Part shown: piece after piece, positions 1 to 9,600 of the stretch
Position numbering within the stretch: position 1 is the stretch's first letter
Layout: the number at the start of each line of letters is the position of its first letter
Source: a virus
Lineage: Duplodnaviria; Caudoviricetes
DNA length: 59,244 bases
Virus record (IMG/VR): IMGVR_UViG_3300042922_001463
Location: 1-59,244 of that record
Reading direction: 5' to 3' (one strand)
The notes under the pieces: generated by a model
The model's database searches: none
What the model was told of the DNA's origin: nothing
Seen by the model: the letters and a program-made list of their open reading frames with translations, nothing else
Program-made: the position numbers and the translations under genes

Positions 1-342
1 TCATCCGCCGATCCGCAGCCAGTGGCGCACGGCATTCACCGCCGTGTCGCTGGCATAGGCCAGCATCGCGCCGAAGGAGATGCCGCCAAGTGCCAGCAGC
101 CCGGCGAAGCCAAGCCCGATGGTCTTCATCCGCTTCCACTCTTCGGTCTGCGGTTTGATCTCCTTGCTCAATGTGTTCTCGATCGCATCGAAGCGAGCAT
201 CGCTCATGTCCCGATGCTGGGCCGAGACCGCAACATCGACGGCGACGGCCGTCTTGAGCTCGGAGACCTCATCCTTGAGAGCATCCTGCCCCCGCAGCAC
301 ATCGCGGAGCAGGCCAAGGATCTGATCACTGCTGTCCGACAT
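1..342 (-). CDS. Phage membrane protein, coiled coil plus C-terminal TM (holin/DUF1515-like)
   Basis: Coiled N-terminus, hydrophobic IGLGFAGLLALGGISFGAML, last gene of lysis cluster. Confidence 0.6.
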   Translation of the reverse strand: MSDSSDQILGLLRDVLRGQDALKDEVSELKTAVAVDVAVSAQHRDMSDARFDAIENTLSKEIKPQTEEWKRMKTIGLGFAGLLALGGISFGAMLAYASDTAVNAVRHWLRIGG

Positions 343-665
343 CAGCGGGCGCCCTCAGCCTGTCCGCTCTGCAGCAGTGCGTCATAGCTCCGCACCGCTG
401 CCATCTGCCGGCCCGTGGCGCAGCCATAGGCGCCGATTGCCCGCGTCGCCATCACGCTTGGGTCGCGCGCCGGCTCCAGCGGGCACGCTGCCCGCAGCGT
501 CGGGTCGATCGACTGCACCGTCTTAGCGAGGGGCTCGGTTGCCGGCGGCGGGGCGACGGGCGTGATCGATGAGCTCGCGCACGCGGCGATACTCATCGTC
601 AGAGAAATCGCAGCCAGCGCCCTTGCCAGCCGTGCGTAGATCCTCTTCGAGCTTGGAAACCTCAT
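342..665 (-). CDS. o-spanin (Rz1-like lipoprotein)
   Basis: MRFPSSKR signal peptide, lipobox SIAAC, Pro-rich; overlaps 3' end of the i-spanin in another frame; start re-called to ATG 665. Confidence 0.75.
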   Translation of the reverse strand: MRFPSSKRIYARLARALAAISLTMSIAACASSSITPVAPPPATEPLAKTVQSIDPTLRAACPLEPARDPSVMATRAIGAYGCATGRQMAAVRSYDALLQSGQAEGAR

Positions 666-1032
666 GTCGCATATCCTCCGCGTCGTCATCGGCCTGCGCT
701 GCAATGTCGGAAAGCCGGGTGTTGAGCGCCTGCACCCGTCGGATCTGCTCGTTCTGTTCCTCGAGCAGGGCGTCGCGCTGAGCAATGGCGCGATCTCGCG
801 CGGCGACCTGCTCGCGCAACTTGTCGGCCTCGCACACGGCCTGTGCGGAGCCGACGCCGGCGAGATAGCAAGCTGCCGCGAGGCACACGATGCCGCCGGC
901 GGCGGCGAGACGTGGCAGTCTGACGAGCGGCAGCAGCGAATAGCCCAGCAGCCCGACGCCGAGCAGTGCCATGCCGCCGGCGCCGAAGCTCGGCGCCCAT
1001 GCTGGAAGGAAGGACAGGAGGGTCGCGATCAT
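523..1032 (-). CDS. i-spanin (Rz-like)
   Basis: N-terminal TM segments then long coiled coil, downstream of endolysin and holin. Confidence 0.75.
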   Translation of the reverse strand: MIATLLSFLPAWAPSFGAGGMALLGVGLLGYSLLPLVRLPRLAAAGGIVCLAAACYLAGVGSAQAVCEADKLREQVAARDRAIAQRDALLEEQNEQIRRVQALNTRLSDIAAQADDDAEDMRHEVSKLEEDLRTAGKGAGCDFSDDEYRRVRELIDHARRPAAGNRAPR

Positions 1033-1313
1033 TGCGCGAAGCCCTCCGGAGGCTGGTCGGCCGGCCGCTCGCCGTGCTTGTCGAACCAGCGGTTCGTGGC
1101 GTCCCGCTGGTTCTTGTCGTCCCAGGTCGCGCCGAAGATGTACGAGCCGAGCGTGCCGCCGGCGACCAGCGAAAGGTTGGTGACGATGACGCGGTTAAGC
1201 TCTGTGTCGGCTCCGAACACGGCGAGATAGGCGATCAGCCCCCCGCAGAAGAGCATGACCGCAAGCACGTACCGGCGGCGGATATTCCAAGGCGCCGTGA
1301 AGTCCTTCATCAC
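1029..1313 (-). CDS. Holin
   Basis: 94 aa, two TM helices, charged C-tail, directly after endolysin. Confidence 0.65.
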   Translation of the reverse strand: MMKDFTAPWNIRRRYVLAVMLFCGGLIAYLAVFGADTELNRVIVTNLSLVAGGTLGSYIFGATWDDKNQRDATNRWFDKHGERPADQPPEGFAQ

Positions 1314-2110
1314 AGCCTCGCCGCCTGGACGTGCATCCAGTCATAGTTCCGGGCGCGCCCGAGGCTGAGCCAGCCTTCCGCCTCCCAGAACTTCCAGAAC
1401 GCCTCGGCATCGGGCCGCGCCAGGCGCGCGCGGTCGCGGCCCCATTCGAGCTGGTTGCGTTCCGGATCGAAGTCGATCGCGATGCCCCATGAATGCATGG
1501 AGTAGGACGAGCCGCCGCGCATCTTGCGCACGTTCAGCGAACCGCCGAAGAGATCCAGCCCGAGGTTCCTGATCTCGTCCATGCCGTAGTGATCAAGCAC
1601 CCTGGCCAGCACCCGGCCGGCGCTGTCGGCGACCTTGCGGTGCAGGCTGATCGACTTGACCTTCTGGCCCTTGTCCCACGCGATCCGCATCGGATACGGC
1701 AGCGCGAGCTTGACCTGATCTGTGCCCACATTGCCGTAGAACGCCGGCACGCCGCTCTGACGCGGCCACACGCCATCGGCAACCTTGGGCGGCACGGGCT
1801 CGCTGTCGCGCCAGGTCTCGACCTCCTTGTGGCCGCGGAGCCGCGCGTCCCAGACCTGGAGCGCGTAGCGGGTCTGCGGGCCGGTGAGGCCGTCGATGGC
1901 GCCGGTCTCGATGCCGTGCAGCTTCATCACGGCCTGCTTCGCCGCGAGCTCCTTGCGGGCAGGCGCCCAGGCGGTGAAGCCCTTCACGCCGGCCTCGGTG
2001 AGCAGCGCATTGATCGCCGTCTCGGTCTTGCTGCCCCAATCACCGTCGACGGCAAGCGGGGGCTTCCAGCCGCGCGCGTTCAGCGCGGACTGCAGGTCAC
2101 GCAGTTCCAT
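1310..2110 (-). CDS. Endolysin: PG-binding domain plus M15 Zn peptidase
   Basis: VDGDWGSKT / IDGLTGPQT PG-binding repeats; SMHSWGIAIDF and DWMHVQ M15 motifs. Confidence 0.9.
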   Translation of the reverse strand: MELRDLQSALNARGWKPPLAVDGDWGSKTETAINALLTEAGVKGFTAWAPARKELAAKQAVMKLHGIETGAIDGLTGPQTRYALQVWDARLRGHKEVETWRDSEPVPPKVADGVWPRQSGVPAFYGNVGTDQVKLALPYPMRIAWDKGQKVKSISLHRKVADSAGRVLARVLDHYGMDEIRNLGLDLFGGSLNVRKMRGGSSYSMHSWGIAIDFDPERNQLEWGRDRARLARPDAEAFWKFWEAEGWLSLGRARNYDWMHVQAARL

Positions 2111-2123
2111 GGTGGGCTCCTAG

Positions 2124-2153
2124 AAATTAAAAAGCCGCCCGAAGGGGCGGCTT
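2124..2153 (-). terminator. Intrinsic terminator upstream of endolysin
   Basis: Minus strand AAGCCGCCC-CTTC-GGGCGGCTT followed by a T-rich tail. Confidence 0.7.
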
Positions 2154-2174
2154 GTGACGGAATGAGAGGAAGCG

Positions 2175-2354
2175 TTAGGCAGCCCAGCGGCGACGCTGGC
2201 AGCCGAAGCGGCGGACGATCACCGACGGATGCCCGGCCGCCCATTCATTCATGGCGGCGAAGCATTCCATGGGCAGCAGCGCCTGCGTCGGCACGCGCTC
2301 CTCCCGGCAGGCCGCCGGCTGCGCAAGCAGGCACACCCACAGCACCAGGTGCAT
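2175..2354 (-). CDS. Small Cys-containing exported protein (59 aa, absent from the ORF track)
   Basis: GGAG RBS; MHLVLWVCLLAQPAACREERVPTQALLPMECFAAMNEWAAGHPSVIVRRFGCQRRRWAA. Confidence 0.65.
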   Translation of the reverse strand: MHLVLWVCLLAQPAACREERVPTQALLPMECFAAMNEWAAGHPSVIVRRFGCQRRRWAA

Positions 2355-2386
2355 GCTAGTCTCCAGATTGTCAGGGGGATCACGCG

Positions 2387-2584
2387 ATGCAGTTCAGCAC
2401 CGAGTGGTGGGCGGGCTTCGGCCTCGTCTTCGCGGCCATCGGCACGATCACCGTCATGTTCTGCTGGTGGATGGATCGGCGCATCGCGCGCTTCGCGGCT
2501 GACGACGCCGAGGTGCAGGAACGCCTGAGCCGCAGCGCGAGAAGCAACGCCGTCGAACGTGGCGCCAGAAAGGAAAAGCCGTGA
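2387..2584 (+). CDS. Small single-TM moron protein
   Basis: GGGGA RBS, hydrophobic N-half; GTGA overlap with next ORF. Confidence 0.55.
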   Translation: MQFSTEWWAGFGLVFAAIGTITVMFCWWMDRRIARFAADDAEVQERLSRSARSNAVERGARKEKP

Positions 2585-2778
2585 GCGACGAAAAGAGGCT
2601 GCTTGAGATGCTGTCCGAACTAGAAGGAGCGATCGAGGATCATTCCTACGCCCTCGCTGCGGCTCGCAAGCCGTCGCTGACGCGAGAGGAGCGGCTGGCA
2701 GTGGTCAGAGCCAGCAGAAGGTCCTGGCGGCAACTCGAGGAAGCTTGGCAGGCCGTCGACAAGTTGGCGGCTCAATAG
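2581..2778 (+). CDS. Small helical hypothetical protein
   Basis: Coupled to previous ORF, protein-like composition. Confidence 0.55.
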   Translation: MSDEKRLLEMLSELEGAIEDHSYALAAARKPSLTREERLAVVRASRRSWRQLEEAWQAVDKLAAQ

Positions 2779-2876
2779 AGTTGACCGGCGATGGGTCCCT
2801 AAGGGGACGGACCCTGAGAACTTGACCTAGTATCCGGCCATAAGCACGTATCTCGGCTAGATCTAGGCACTGACGC

Positions 2877-3275
2877 ATGACACTCGCCCCGCTACTCGAC
2901 GCTTCGGCAGCCATTCAACTACATGCCTTCAGCGCGATGGCGGCGCTCGCGCTCGGCGTCGCGCAGTTGGTAGCTCCCAAGGGCACTCTGCCGCACCGTA
3001 CAGTCGGATGGGCCTGGGCGGCGCTGATGCTGATCGTGGCGGTGAGCTCCTTCTGGATACATGAAATGCGCTGGATCGGCCCGTTTGGCCCGATTCATCT
3101 ACTCTCCCTCTACGTGCTGTGGGCACTGCCGACGGGTGTACTCAGCGCCCGCCGTCATGTCGTGCCGCGCCATGCCGCCGCCATGCGGGGGCTATTCTTC
3201 GGCGGATTGGTGCTCGCGGGGCTTTTCACGCTCTGGCCGGGACGGATTATGAACCAAGTCGTTTTCGGCCCCTGA
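2877..3275 (+). CDS. DUF2306-like membrane protein
   Basis: PKGTLPHRTVGW, GPIHLLS and FTLWPGRIM motifs; 4 TM segments. Confidence 0.75.
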   Translation: MTLAPLLDASAAIQLHAFSAMAALALGVAQLVAPKGTLPHRTVGWAWAALMLIVAVSSFWIHEMRWIGPFGPIHLLSLYVLWALPTGVLSARRHVVPRHAAAMRGLFFGGLVLAGLFTLWPGRIMNQVVFGP

Positions 3276-3282
3276 CGAGCGG

Positions 3283-3729
3283 TCAGTTCGGCCAGTGCAC
3301 GTCGTCGGTGATGTCGGCCGGCATCGGGTCCGCCGCCTGCAAGGCGAAGCTGGCCTGCCAGATCGGCTGGCGGAAGTTCGCCGAGGCGAGGAGCACCTGC
3401 TGCCACTCGGCCGCCGTGACAGAAACCGGGCCGGTGCTGGTCAGGATGAGGATCTCGGTCGCCGGCACGCCGGCATTGATGGCGGCATTGGCGAGCATGG
3501 TCACCTCGTCCCAGCCCTTCATGTCTTCAGGCGCGGTCGCAATGTGATGCACGCCGCGCTCGTCGCCGAAGTCGTAGTCGAAGCCCAGAGCGAGGCGGCG
3601 CTCACGCTCGGCAAGAACCTGGGCGACAGAGGGCGGCAGCGAGGCGTCGGCTTCATACTGCGCCACAGTCTCAGCATCGGCCTCGGTGATCTCGCCAGTT
3701 GTAGAATTGAGTATCAACATCTCACTCAC
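3283..3729 (-). CDS. Tail-fibre-associated protein (DUF4376-like)
   Basis: Follows tail fibre; AERERRLALGF...WP C-terminus typical of fibre chaperones. Confidence 0.6.
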   Translation of the reverse strand: MSEMLILNSTTGEITEADAETVAQYEADASLPPSVAQVLAERERRLALGFDYDFGDERGVHHIATAPEDMKGWDEVTMLANAAINAGVPATEILILTSTGPVSVTAAEWQQVLLASANFRQPIWQASFALQAADPMPADITDDVHWPN

Positions 3730-4907
3730 TCCGGATAGCCGACAAGAGTCAGCTTAGCGTTGTTAGCGGTGAAGTTAACCGTTGAAAGTAGACGAAGCGT
3801 GGTAACTCGACCCGTTTGCGTATAAACCTTGTTGGATCGCTGCACTAAACTCCATCCGGTAGTGAACGCATTTTCCGTGCTTAGTATACCAGCACGTTGA
3901 TTGACGCCGCCGGGGAAAATGCCGGCTTCAAGGTTAGCTTCCCACGACGAACTCAAAGTCATCTGAACCGCCAACTGATTGAACACCGACGCAAACGTTG
4001 CGGAGGACATCGCAACGGACGTGTTCGAATAACTGTCCGTGGCTGTTAGGAAAGTTGCTCCATTATCATAGCTAAAGCGGCCAAAGATAACCTGGTTTCC
4101 ACCGGTCGTAAGGTTCTGGACGAACAGTTTGAAGTGCGAATATCCGGCCGGCAGCACGACATCGATCGCCGCAACGGCCGCACTTACCGTCGTCACTGAT
4201 ACCACCCGCGCCGCCTTGCCTAAGCCGATATTGGCCTGAGCCTGCGCCTGCTGCGGCGTGGTGAGCGTCTGCGCGCCATAACGGAGCACGTCGGCTAGAC
4301 CCAACGTCGCGCGGGCCGTGGCCGCGTCGGCGTCGTCCATGACGGTCGCCATGTAGGCCGACGGCGGCACATAGACCTGCCACCCCGAAAGCCCCCTGAT
4401 GAACTGCTGGCCGGTCGCGATGTTGTAGACGAGCCAGCCGCCTTCCGTCGTCGTGAACTGCCAGGCGGAGCCGGTCCACTGCGCGAGGTTGTTGGCCTGC
4501 CCAACCCAGGCTCCGGTCGGTGCCGTCCACACCAGGTAAAAGTCGCCGGCGACCGGCGAGACTGGCGGCGCGTTGGGGATGCCCTGCACCCGATAGACGG
4601 GCGCCGCGGCCTTAATGATGCCGGCGCGGGCGATCATGCCCCGAACCTGCTCGGCGAGATATCCGGAGGTGAAGCGCTGCGGTGCGTCGAAGCGCAGCAC
4701 ATAGGGGACACCCACCTGATCGGCCGTCACCGCGACGGCCAGTTCCAGATGATTGGCATCGGTCGGCGAGGCGATCGTCTTCGCGGGAAGGTCGCCAATC
4801 TCGATCGTATCGCCGGGCAGAACGCCGCTCCAGAGCCCGCCGGTCAGCGTAACTGTCGTGCCGGCGCTGGCCACCGAGACGGTGCCGGTGCTGTAGAATT
4901 CGGGCAT
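3726..4907 (-). CDS. Tail fibre / receptor-binding protein with DUF2793-like domain
   Basis: YSTGTVSV N-terminus, PPVSPVAGDFYLV..PTGAWVGQ motif, QQAQAQANIG linker, variable C-terminus. Confidence 0.8.
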   Translation of the reverse strand: MPEFYSTGTVSVASAGTTVTLTGGLWSGVLPGDTIEIGDLPAKTIASPTDANHLELAVAVTADQVGVPYVLRFDAPQRFTSGYLAEQVRGMIARAGIIKAAAPVYRVQGIPNAPPVSPVAGDFYLVWTAPTGAWVGQANNLAQWTGSAWQFTTTEGGWLVYNIATGQQFIRGLSGWQVYVPPSAYMATVMDDADAATARATLGLADVLRYGAQTLTTPQQAQAQANIGLGKAARVVSVTTVSAAVAAIDVVLPAGYSHFKLFVQNLTTGGNQVIFGRFSYDNGATFLTATDSYSNTSVAMSSATFASVFNQLAVQMTLSSSWEANLEAGIFPGGVNQRAGILSTENAFTTGWSLVQRSNKVYTQTGRVTTLRLLSTVNFTANNAKLTLVGYPE

Positions 4908-4922
4908 GTTGTCCTCGAGGAA

Positions 4923-6272
4923 TTAGACGTCGGAAACGTTCAGCATCGACGCGAACCCGGGTGCCGTGACCGTGTAGCTGCTCGGGCGATCCCACCCATA
5001 GGTGGTGCGGCTGGAGACGTAGCCGCGCAGCCCCTCATAGGCGAGGTACACGCCGAGCCCGCTGTCGAACATCATCACGCCCTTGAATGAGACGCTGCCG
5101 TTCGCGCACCACCAGTAGTTCGCCTGCTGGTCGTAGAGCATGAAGAACGGGAATGGCGCGCCCGCTCCGGATGGTGGCGGGTCGGGAAGGAAGTAGCTCC
5201 CGGTCGGAGCGCTCGCATTGATGGCCGCAAAATCCTTGAAGCGGGCGAACATGCGCTTCGAACTGAAAATCAGGTCAGCCGGCGTCGAGACGTCGTAATC
5301 AACCCCAGCCCGAGTAACGGCCAGGCCTTCTGCCGCCGAGGCGAAGCACCGCGTGATGCCGGCACCCGGATCGGCGCCGCCCTCCCACGCGGGATCACCG
5401 CCGACGATGGCGTAGCGTATATTCGAGCCGGCACCGCTGCTCGTGATAAGGATCTGGTTGGCGCTGAGCCAGTAGATTTGGCACCCGGATTCGGTGTGGT
5501 TGGGCAATCCCATCCCGTATGCAATCACCGGAGGATAGTTCGGGTAGGACCGGGCGAGCGTCACCACGGAGGCCGCCCACAAGGTGGACGGCTGCTCCGG
5601 CTGGCCCAGCGGGTCGCTGGTGGTCGATCCCGTCACACCGACGGTCCCGGTCTCCGCGATCTGGAAGGCGTTCCTCCGCGTCGTGAAGAGCATGTCGTCG
5701 AGACCGGCTGTATCGACGTTGATGATGCCCGGGCGGGAAATATGCAGGCCCGGGCCGTGCAGCGGATGATTGCCGAAGAAGATGCCGTTGCCGCCGCCAC
5801 CTTCGGCCGCTGTGCCGTTGACCCCGAAGACGTAGAAGACGTAGTCGACGCCGGTTCGCTGCGGCGAAAGCAGGATGCTGTTGGTCTGCAGCGTCACCCC
5901 GCAGGTGCCGTAGCCGCGCTGATACGACACCGTCGTGGCGGCGCCGCTCGACGGCGTGTAGCTCATCGTCCCGGGACCGCGGCGAACCCAGGCCAGCGTC
6001 GGCCGCGTCTGATTGTTTCCCGCCGACGGCAGGATCTTGACGCGCCGCGTCGGCGTGTAGGCCCCTGCCGCCGGATAGGTGACGGTGAAGTCGGTCAGGC
6101 TGGCGGCTGTTCGCACCCCGTTCGAGAGCAGGCGCAATCCGTTGAGCCAGAAGCTGTCGAAGGTGAGGTAGCGCTCATCGAGGGCGAGGTTGGACGCGTC
6201 GTAGCCGATGAGGGCCGTTCGCAGCCGCTTGATCGTCCCGCCGAAGGAATCGATGAAGATATGGTCCGGCAC
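4923..6272 (-). CDS. Tail tip accessory structural protein
   Basis: Between J-like gene and fibre; repeated GL.(I/V)(S/T)R.G..V...D..F segments. Confidence 0.65.
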   Translation of the reverse strand: MPDHIFIDSFGGTIKRLRTALIGYDASNLALDERYLTFDSFWLNGLRLLSNGVRTAASLTDFTVTYPAAGAYTPTRRVKILPSAGNNQTRPTLAWVRRGPGTMSYTPSSGAATTVSYQRGYGTCGVTLQTNSILLSPQRTGVDYVFYVFGVNGTAAEGGGGNGIFFGNHPLHGPGLHISRPGIINVDTAGLDDMLFTTRRNAFQIAETGTVGVTGSTTSDPLGQPEQPSTLWAASVVTLARSYPNYPPVIAYGMGLPNHTESGCQIYWLSANQILITSSGAGSNIRYAIVGGDPAWEGGADPGAGITRCFASAAEGLAVTRAGVDYDVSTPADLIFSSKRMFARFKDFAAINASAPTGSYFLPDPPPSGAGAPFPFFMLYDQQANYWWCANGSVSFKGVMMFDSGLGVYLAYEGLRGYVSSRTTYGWDRPSSYTVTAPGFASMLNVSDV

Positions 6273-6274
6273 GG

Positions 6275-9200
6275 CTAGCTCGATATCCGGAAGGTGCCGG
6301 CATTCAGATCGAGAACCACCTTGCCGTCCGCCGACCGAATGATCCCGGCGGTGAGCGTTCCCACGTTGCCCGTGATCGCCGACAGGGCACCGACGTTGAA
6401 CTTCACCGCCGTGATCGACCCATCGACGATGAGGTCGCCCTGAATGAAGATGCCCGAGGCATTCGACACAAAGGGCGATACCCGCAGCCCGTTCGCCAAC
6501 CGCGTCAGCACGAACAGATCGGCCTCGGCCTCGAAGGTCGAAAAGGTGACGCCAGCGTTGCTGTAGGCCGCGATCATCATGGCGGCGCGCGTCGTGTAGA
6601 CGCCGTCGGTCACCTGCGCTGCCGCCTCATAGGCCGCCAGCGCCCCGGCCGGCAGAGAGACCGCCGCCACGGTGCGGAAGGTCACGTTGGCGTCGAGATT
6701 GTCGAGTTCGGCCTGCAGCTGCACGACCTGCGACGCGATGCCGGCGACGTCGTCGGCGACGACGGTGATCTTCTCCGTGTAGGAAGCCGTCACCCGCTCG
6801 GCAGAGGCGGTCAGCTGAAATCCCCATTCCTCCTTGTCGAGCCAGTTCTGGGAATCCTGTTCCGCGAGAAGCTCCGCCATCCGCTCATTGGCGAGATTGG
6901 TCGCAGCCAGAGCCTCGCCGATCTGCCGCTCGACATAGTCCCGCACCCCCTTCTCGAGGTTCTCCAGCGAGACCTGCACGTTGTCGGCGCGCGTCGTCGG
7001 CTGCGCCAGATCGTAATAGGCCCACGGCCCCTGCTTGCCGGCGGCGTTCACCGCGGCGACGCCGAGGCGCAGCGCCAGCGGCTCCACCTGCGCCGAGAGC
7101 TTGGGCATCCGCACGTCCGGCAGCGGCGTCCAGCTCTCGCCCTCGTCATAGGAGACGCGGGCGACGTAGAAGACCGCGCCGGGCACTGGCCCCCACTCGG
7201 CGACGATGCGGCAGGGCACCTCATTGGCGATGAAGCGGGCGGTCAGCAGAAGGGGCTGCGGAAAGGTCGGATTGCGCGGCGTGGTGGCTTCCGGCAGCGG
7301 CGGCGGCTCAGTCAGATCCTCGTCATGCACGCGGGCGTCGTCGACGAAGAGTTCCAGCGACACCCGGTCGCCCGCCGGCGCCGCCCGTGTGACGATGCAG
7401 CGGCGCTGCCAGGTCGTGCCCAGCCCGATGGCGAAGCTCGGAAGCTCGCCGCCCTCAGAGCGCGCCAGCGCGGCGTCCAGCGTGCCCTGTGCCGCTTCCA
7501 CGCTCGCCAGGTCGGCGCCGTCGAGGATGGCGATGCCGTCATTGGCGCCGCGCGCGCACTTGATCGGGCCGAAGGGCCGGCCGCGCTTGTCGCGGATCAG
7601 GATATAATGCTGGCCGGCCACCCACGCCGGGGCTTCGTGCAGATAGAGCGCATTGCCGACGCGGCGCGTCACCTTGCCGGAGGCACCCCATTGCTGCGGC
7701 AGATCCGATTGCAGCAGCACCGGCGCGCCGAGATAGAGCAGGCGGCCGTCATGCTCGGTCGTAAGCCGCACATTGATGCGGCGATAGAGGTTCTGCCGCA
7801 GCAGGAAATCGACCTCGCGCTGCGCCTGCGCCCGCTTCACGATGGGCAGCTGCAGCCTTGTCGCGCGGGCGATCTGCACTTCGCTGGCGGAGCGCGGCGC
7901 CACGGCCTCGGCCAACTGCCAGGTGCTCTCGTCGAGATATTCGAGCACGGCGCACTGCGCCTCGTCGGTCGGTCGCAGCAGATACTCGATCTCCAGCGAG
8001 CCGCGCACGATCTCCTGGTCGGTGATGAGCATGCGCGGCACGCTCGACCACTGCTCGCGCACCAGCGACAGCGTGCCGGCCATCCACACATGCTTGGCGC
8101 GGCAGGCCGAGAGCGCGGTATCGAGCGCCTGCGGCACCGGCACCGTGGCGGCGAAGTCATGGTCGAACGTGTCGCCCCGCGCGGCACAGGTGGCGGCGAG
8201 ATCGACGAAGGCCTGAAAGTCCAGCCGCGACAGCGGCAGGCTGCCGCCATAGGACGTGTTGGTGACGATATCGAGCGCCGCCCAGGCCGGCGAACGGGTC
8301 GGCTGCTCCACCCAGGCCGAGCCGTTCCAAACGGGCAGGATGCGCGTCGCCACCTCGGAAAGGCGGGACAGCGCGTCGCCGGAGAACTGGTCGGTGGCCT
8401 TGGCGCGGATGGCGATCGTCGAGACCGGGAAGCTCTGCGGCCCGGTCAGGAAGGCGCGCAGTTCGCCCCAAGTGATCTGGTCGACGATGTTGCTCTCGGT
8501 CGCCTTCGCCGTCGTGCGCCGAACCCGCACCTCATAGCGGCCGGCAGGGACATCTGCGGCGAGGCTGAAGCGGATCTGCGACTTCGAACAGAACGGCAGC
8601 GCCGGGCCGAAGCCGAGCGTGCTCCAAGAACCATCGCCCGTCGGCGCGCCGGCATCATTGACCGGGCGGTACTGCGCCAGCACCGGCACGTAGTGCGGGG
8701 TCAGCACGCCCTCATCGTTCTGAAGGCCGCAGCCCTGCGGCATGATCAGATCGACCACCAGGCGCGTCGCCTGCGTACCTGCGGCGTTGGCGATGAAGCC
8801 GCCGGTCCACGCCGGGAAGTCGAGTTCCTGCCCGCTCACCTCGGCCGAGGATTCGACGTTCACCGGGAACAGCGTCACCTGCTGGCCGGGATTGTAGAAA
8901 GCGATCTGCACTCCCTGAAATTGCGGGTTCACGCCGGTGCCGCTGGTCCACAGCGGCGTGTCCTCGATCAGGATCTGTTCGGGCTGGAGCCGGCCCTCGC
9001 CGCGCGACAGCAGCACATGGATGTACTGATCGTTCCCCTCATAGCTCGACCATTCCGGGGCGGCCTTGTCGAGCACGCGCTTGCGCCGTCCATAGCAGGA
9101 AGGAATCGGTTCCAGCGGGCGGGCGAGGTTGAGGCCGGTTCCCCAGCTGTAGATCGGGTCGGGCTCGGCCTGACTGCCCCCCGGCTTCACCGCCATCAGC

Positions 9201-9595
9201 GTGTTGATGAGGAAACCGCCGCCGACCATGATCGCGCCGGCGGCGACCTTGGCCGCCACCGTCCCGGCGCCGAACAGCGCGCCGCCCGCCCAGGGGGCGA
9301 AGGCGGACAGGGCGATGACTCCGACGAGCCCGGCAATGGAGTTCTGCGTCAGGCCGCCGCCACGCGGGCGGGACAGGAACTCGACCGCCGAACCCTTGCG
9401 GATGCGGCGGGAATTCCAGTTCGACCGCAGCACCGGCTGGCCGTCGACAAGGCAGATCGTCGGCAGGGTGGTGGTGTTCCAGCCGGTGCGGCGCAGGAAG
9501 CTGGAGATCGTCTCGTTGCGCCTAGGCAGAGCGCGCGCGAGTTCGATCCCCGGCAGCGCGATATGCAGCACCGGCAGGTAGGCAACAGCGGCCAT
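6275..9595 (-). CDS. Host-specificity / central tail tip protein (lambda J-like)
   Basis: About 1106 aa; ARPLEPIPSCYG, GRYEVRVRR, PTRSPAWAALD; start re-called to ATG 9595. Confidence 0.88.
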   Translation of the reverse strand: MAAVAYLPVLHIALPGIELARALPRRNETISSFLRRTGWNTTTLPTICLVDGQPVLRSNWNSRRIRKGSAVEFLSRPRGGGLTQNSIAGLVGVIALSAFAPWAGGALFGAGTVAAKVAAGAIMVGGGFLINTLMAVKPGGSQAEPDPIYSWGTGLNLARPLEPIPSCYGRRKRVLDKAAPEWSSYEGNDQYIHVLLSRGEGRLQPEQILIEDTPLWTSGTGVNPQFQGVQIAFYNPGQQVTLFPVNVESSAEVSGQELDFPAWTGGFIANAAGTQATRLVVDLIMPQGCGLQNDEGVLTPHYVPVLAQYRPVNDAGAPTGDGSWSTLGFGPALPFCSKSQIRFSLAADVPAGRYEVRVRRTTAKATESNIVDQITWGELRAFLTGPQSFPVSTIAIRAKATDQFSGDALSRLSEVATRILPVWNGSAWVEQPTRSPAWAALDIVTNTSYGGSLPLSRLDFQAFVDLAATCAARGDTFDHDFAATVPVPQALDTALSACRAKHVWMAGTLSLVREQWSSVPRMLITDQEIVRGSLEIEYLLRPTDEAQCAVLEYLDESTWQLAEAVAPRSASEVQIARATRLQLPIVKRAQAQREVDFLLRQNLYRRINVRLTTEHDGRLLYLGAPVLLQSDLPQQWGASGKVTRRVGNALYLHEAPAWVAGQHYILIRDKRGRPFGPIKCARGANDGIAILDGADLASVEAAQGTLDAALARSEGGELPSFAIGLGTTWQRRCIVTRAAPAGDRVSLELFVDDARVHDEDLTEPPPLPEATTPRNPTFPQPLLLTARFIANEVPCRIVAEWGPVPGAVFYVARVSYDEGESWTPLPDVRMPKLSAQVEPLALRLGVAAVNAAGKQGPWAYYDLAQPTTRADNVQVSLENLEKGVRDYVERQIGEALAATNLANERMAELLAEQDSQNWLDKEEWGFQLTASAERVTASYTEKITVVADDVAGIASQVVQLQAELDNLDANVTFRTVAAVSLPAGALAAYEAAAQVTDGVYTTRAAMMIAAYSNAGVTFSTFEAEADLFVLTRLANGLRVSPFVSNASGIFIQGDLIVDGSITAVKFNVGALSAITGNVGTLTAGIIRSADGKVVLDLNAGTFRISS

Positions 9596-9600
9596 GAAGA

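Noticed and set aside
1-342. Second att site at the left edge
   Set aside because: No copy of the tRNA-Asp 3' end seen; the prophage continues beyond the window
3283-6272. Diversity-generating retroelement acting on the tail fibre
   Set aside because: No reverse transcriptase and no template/variable repeat pair seen
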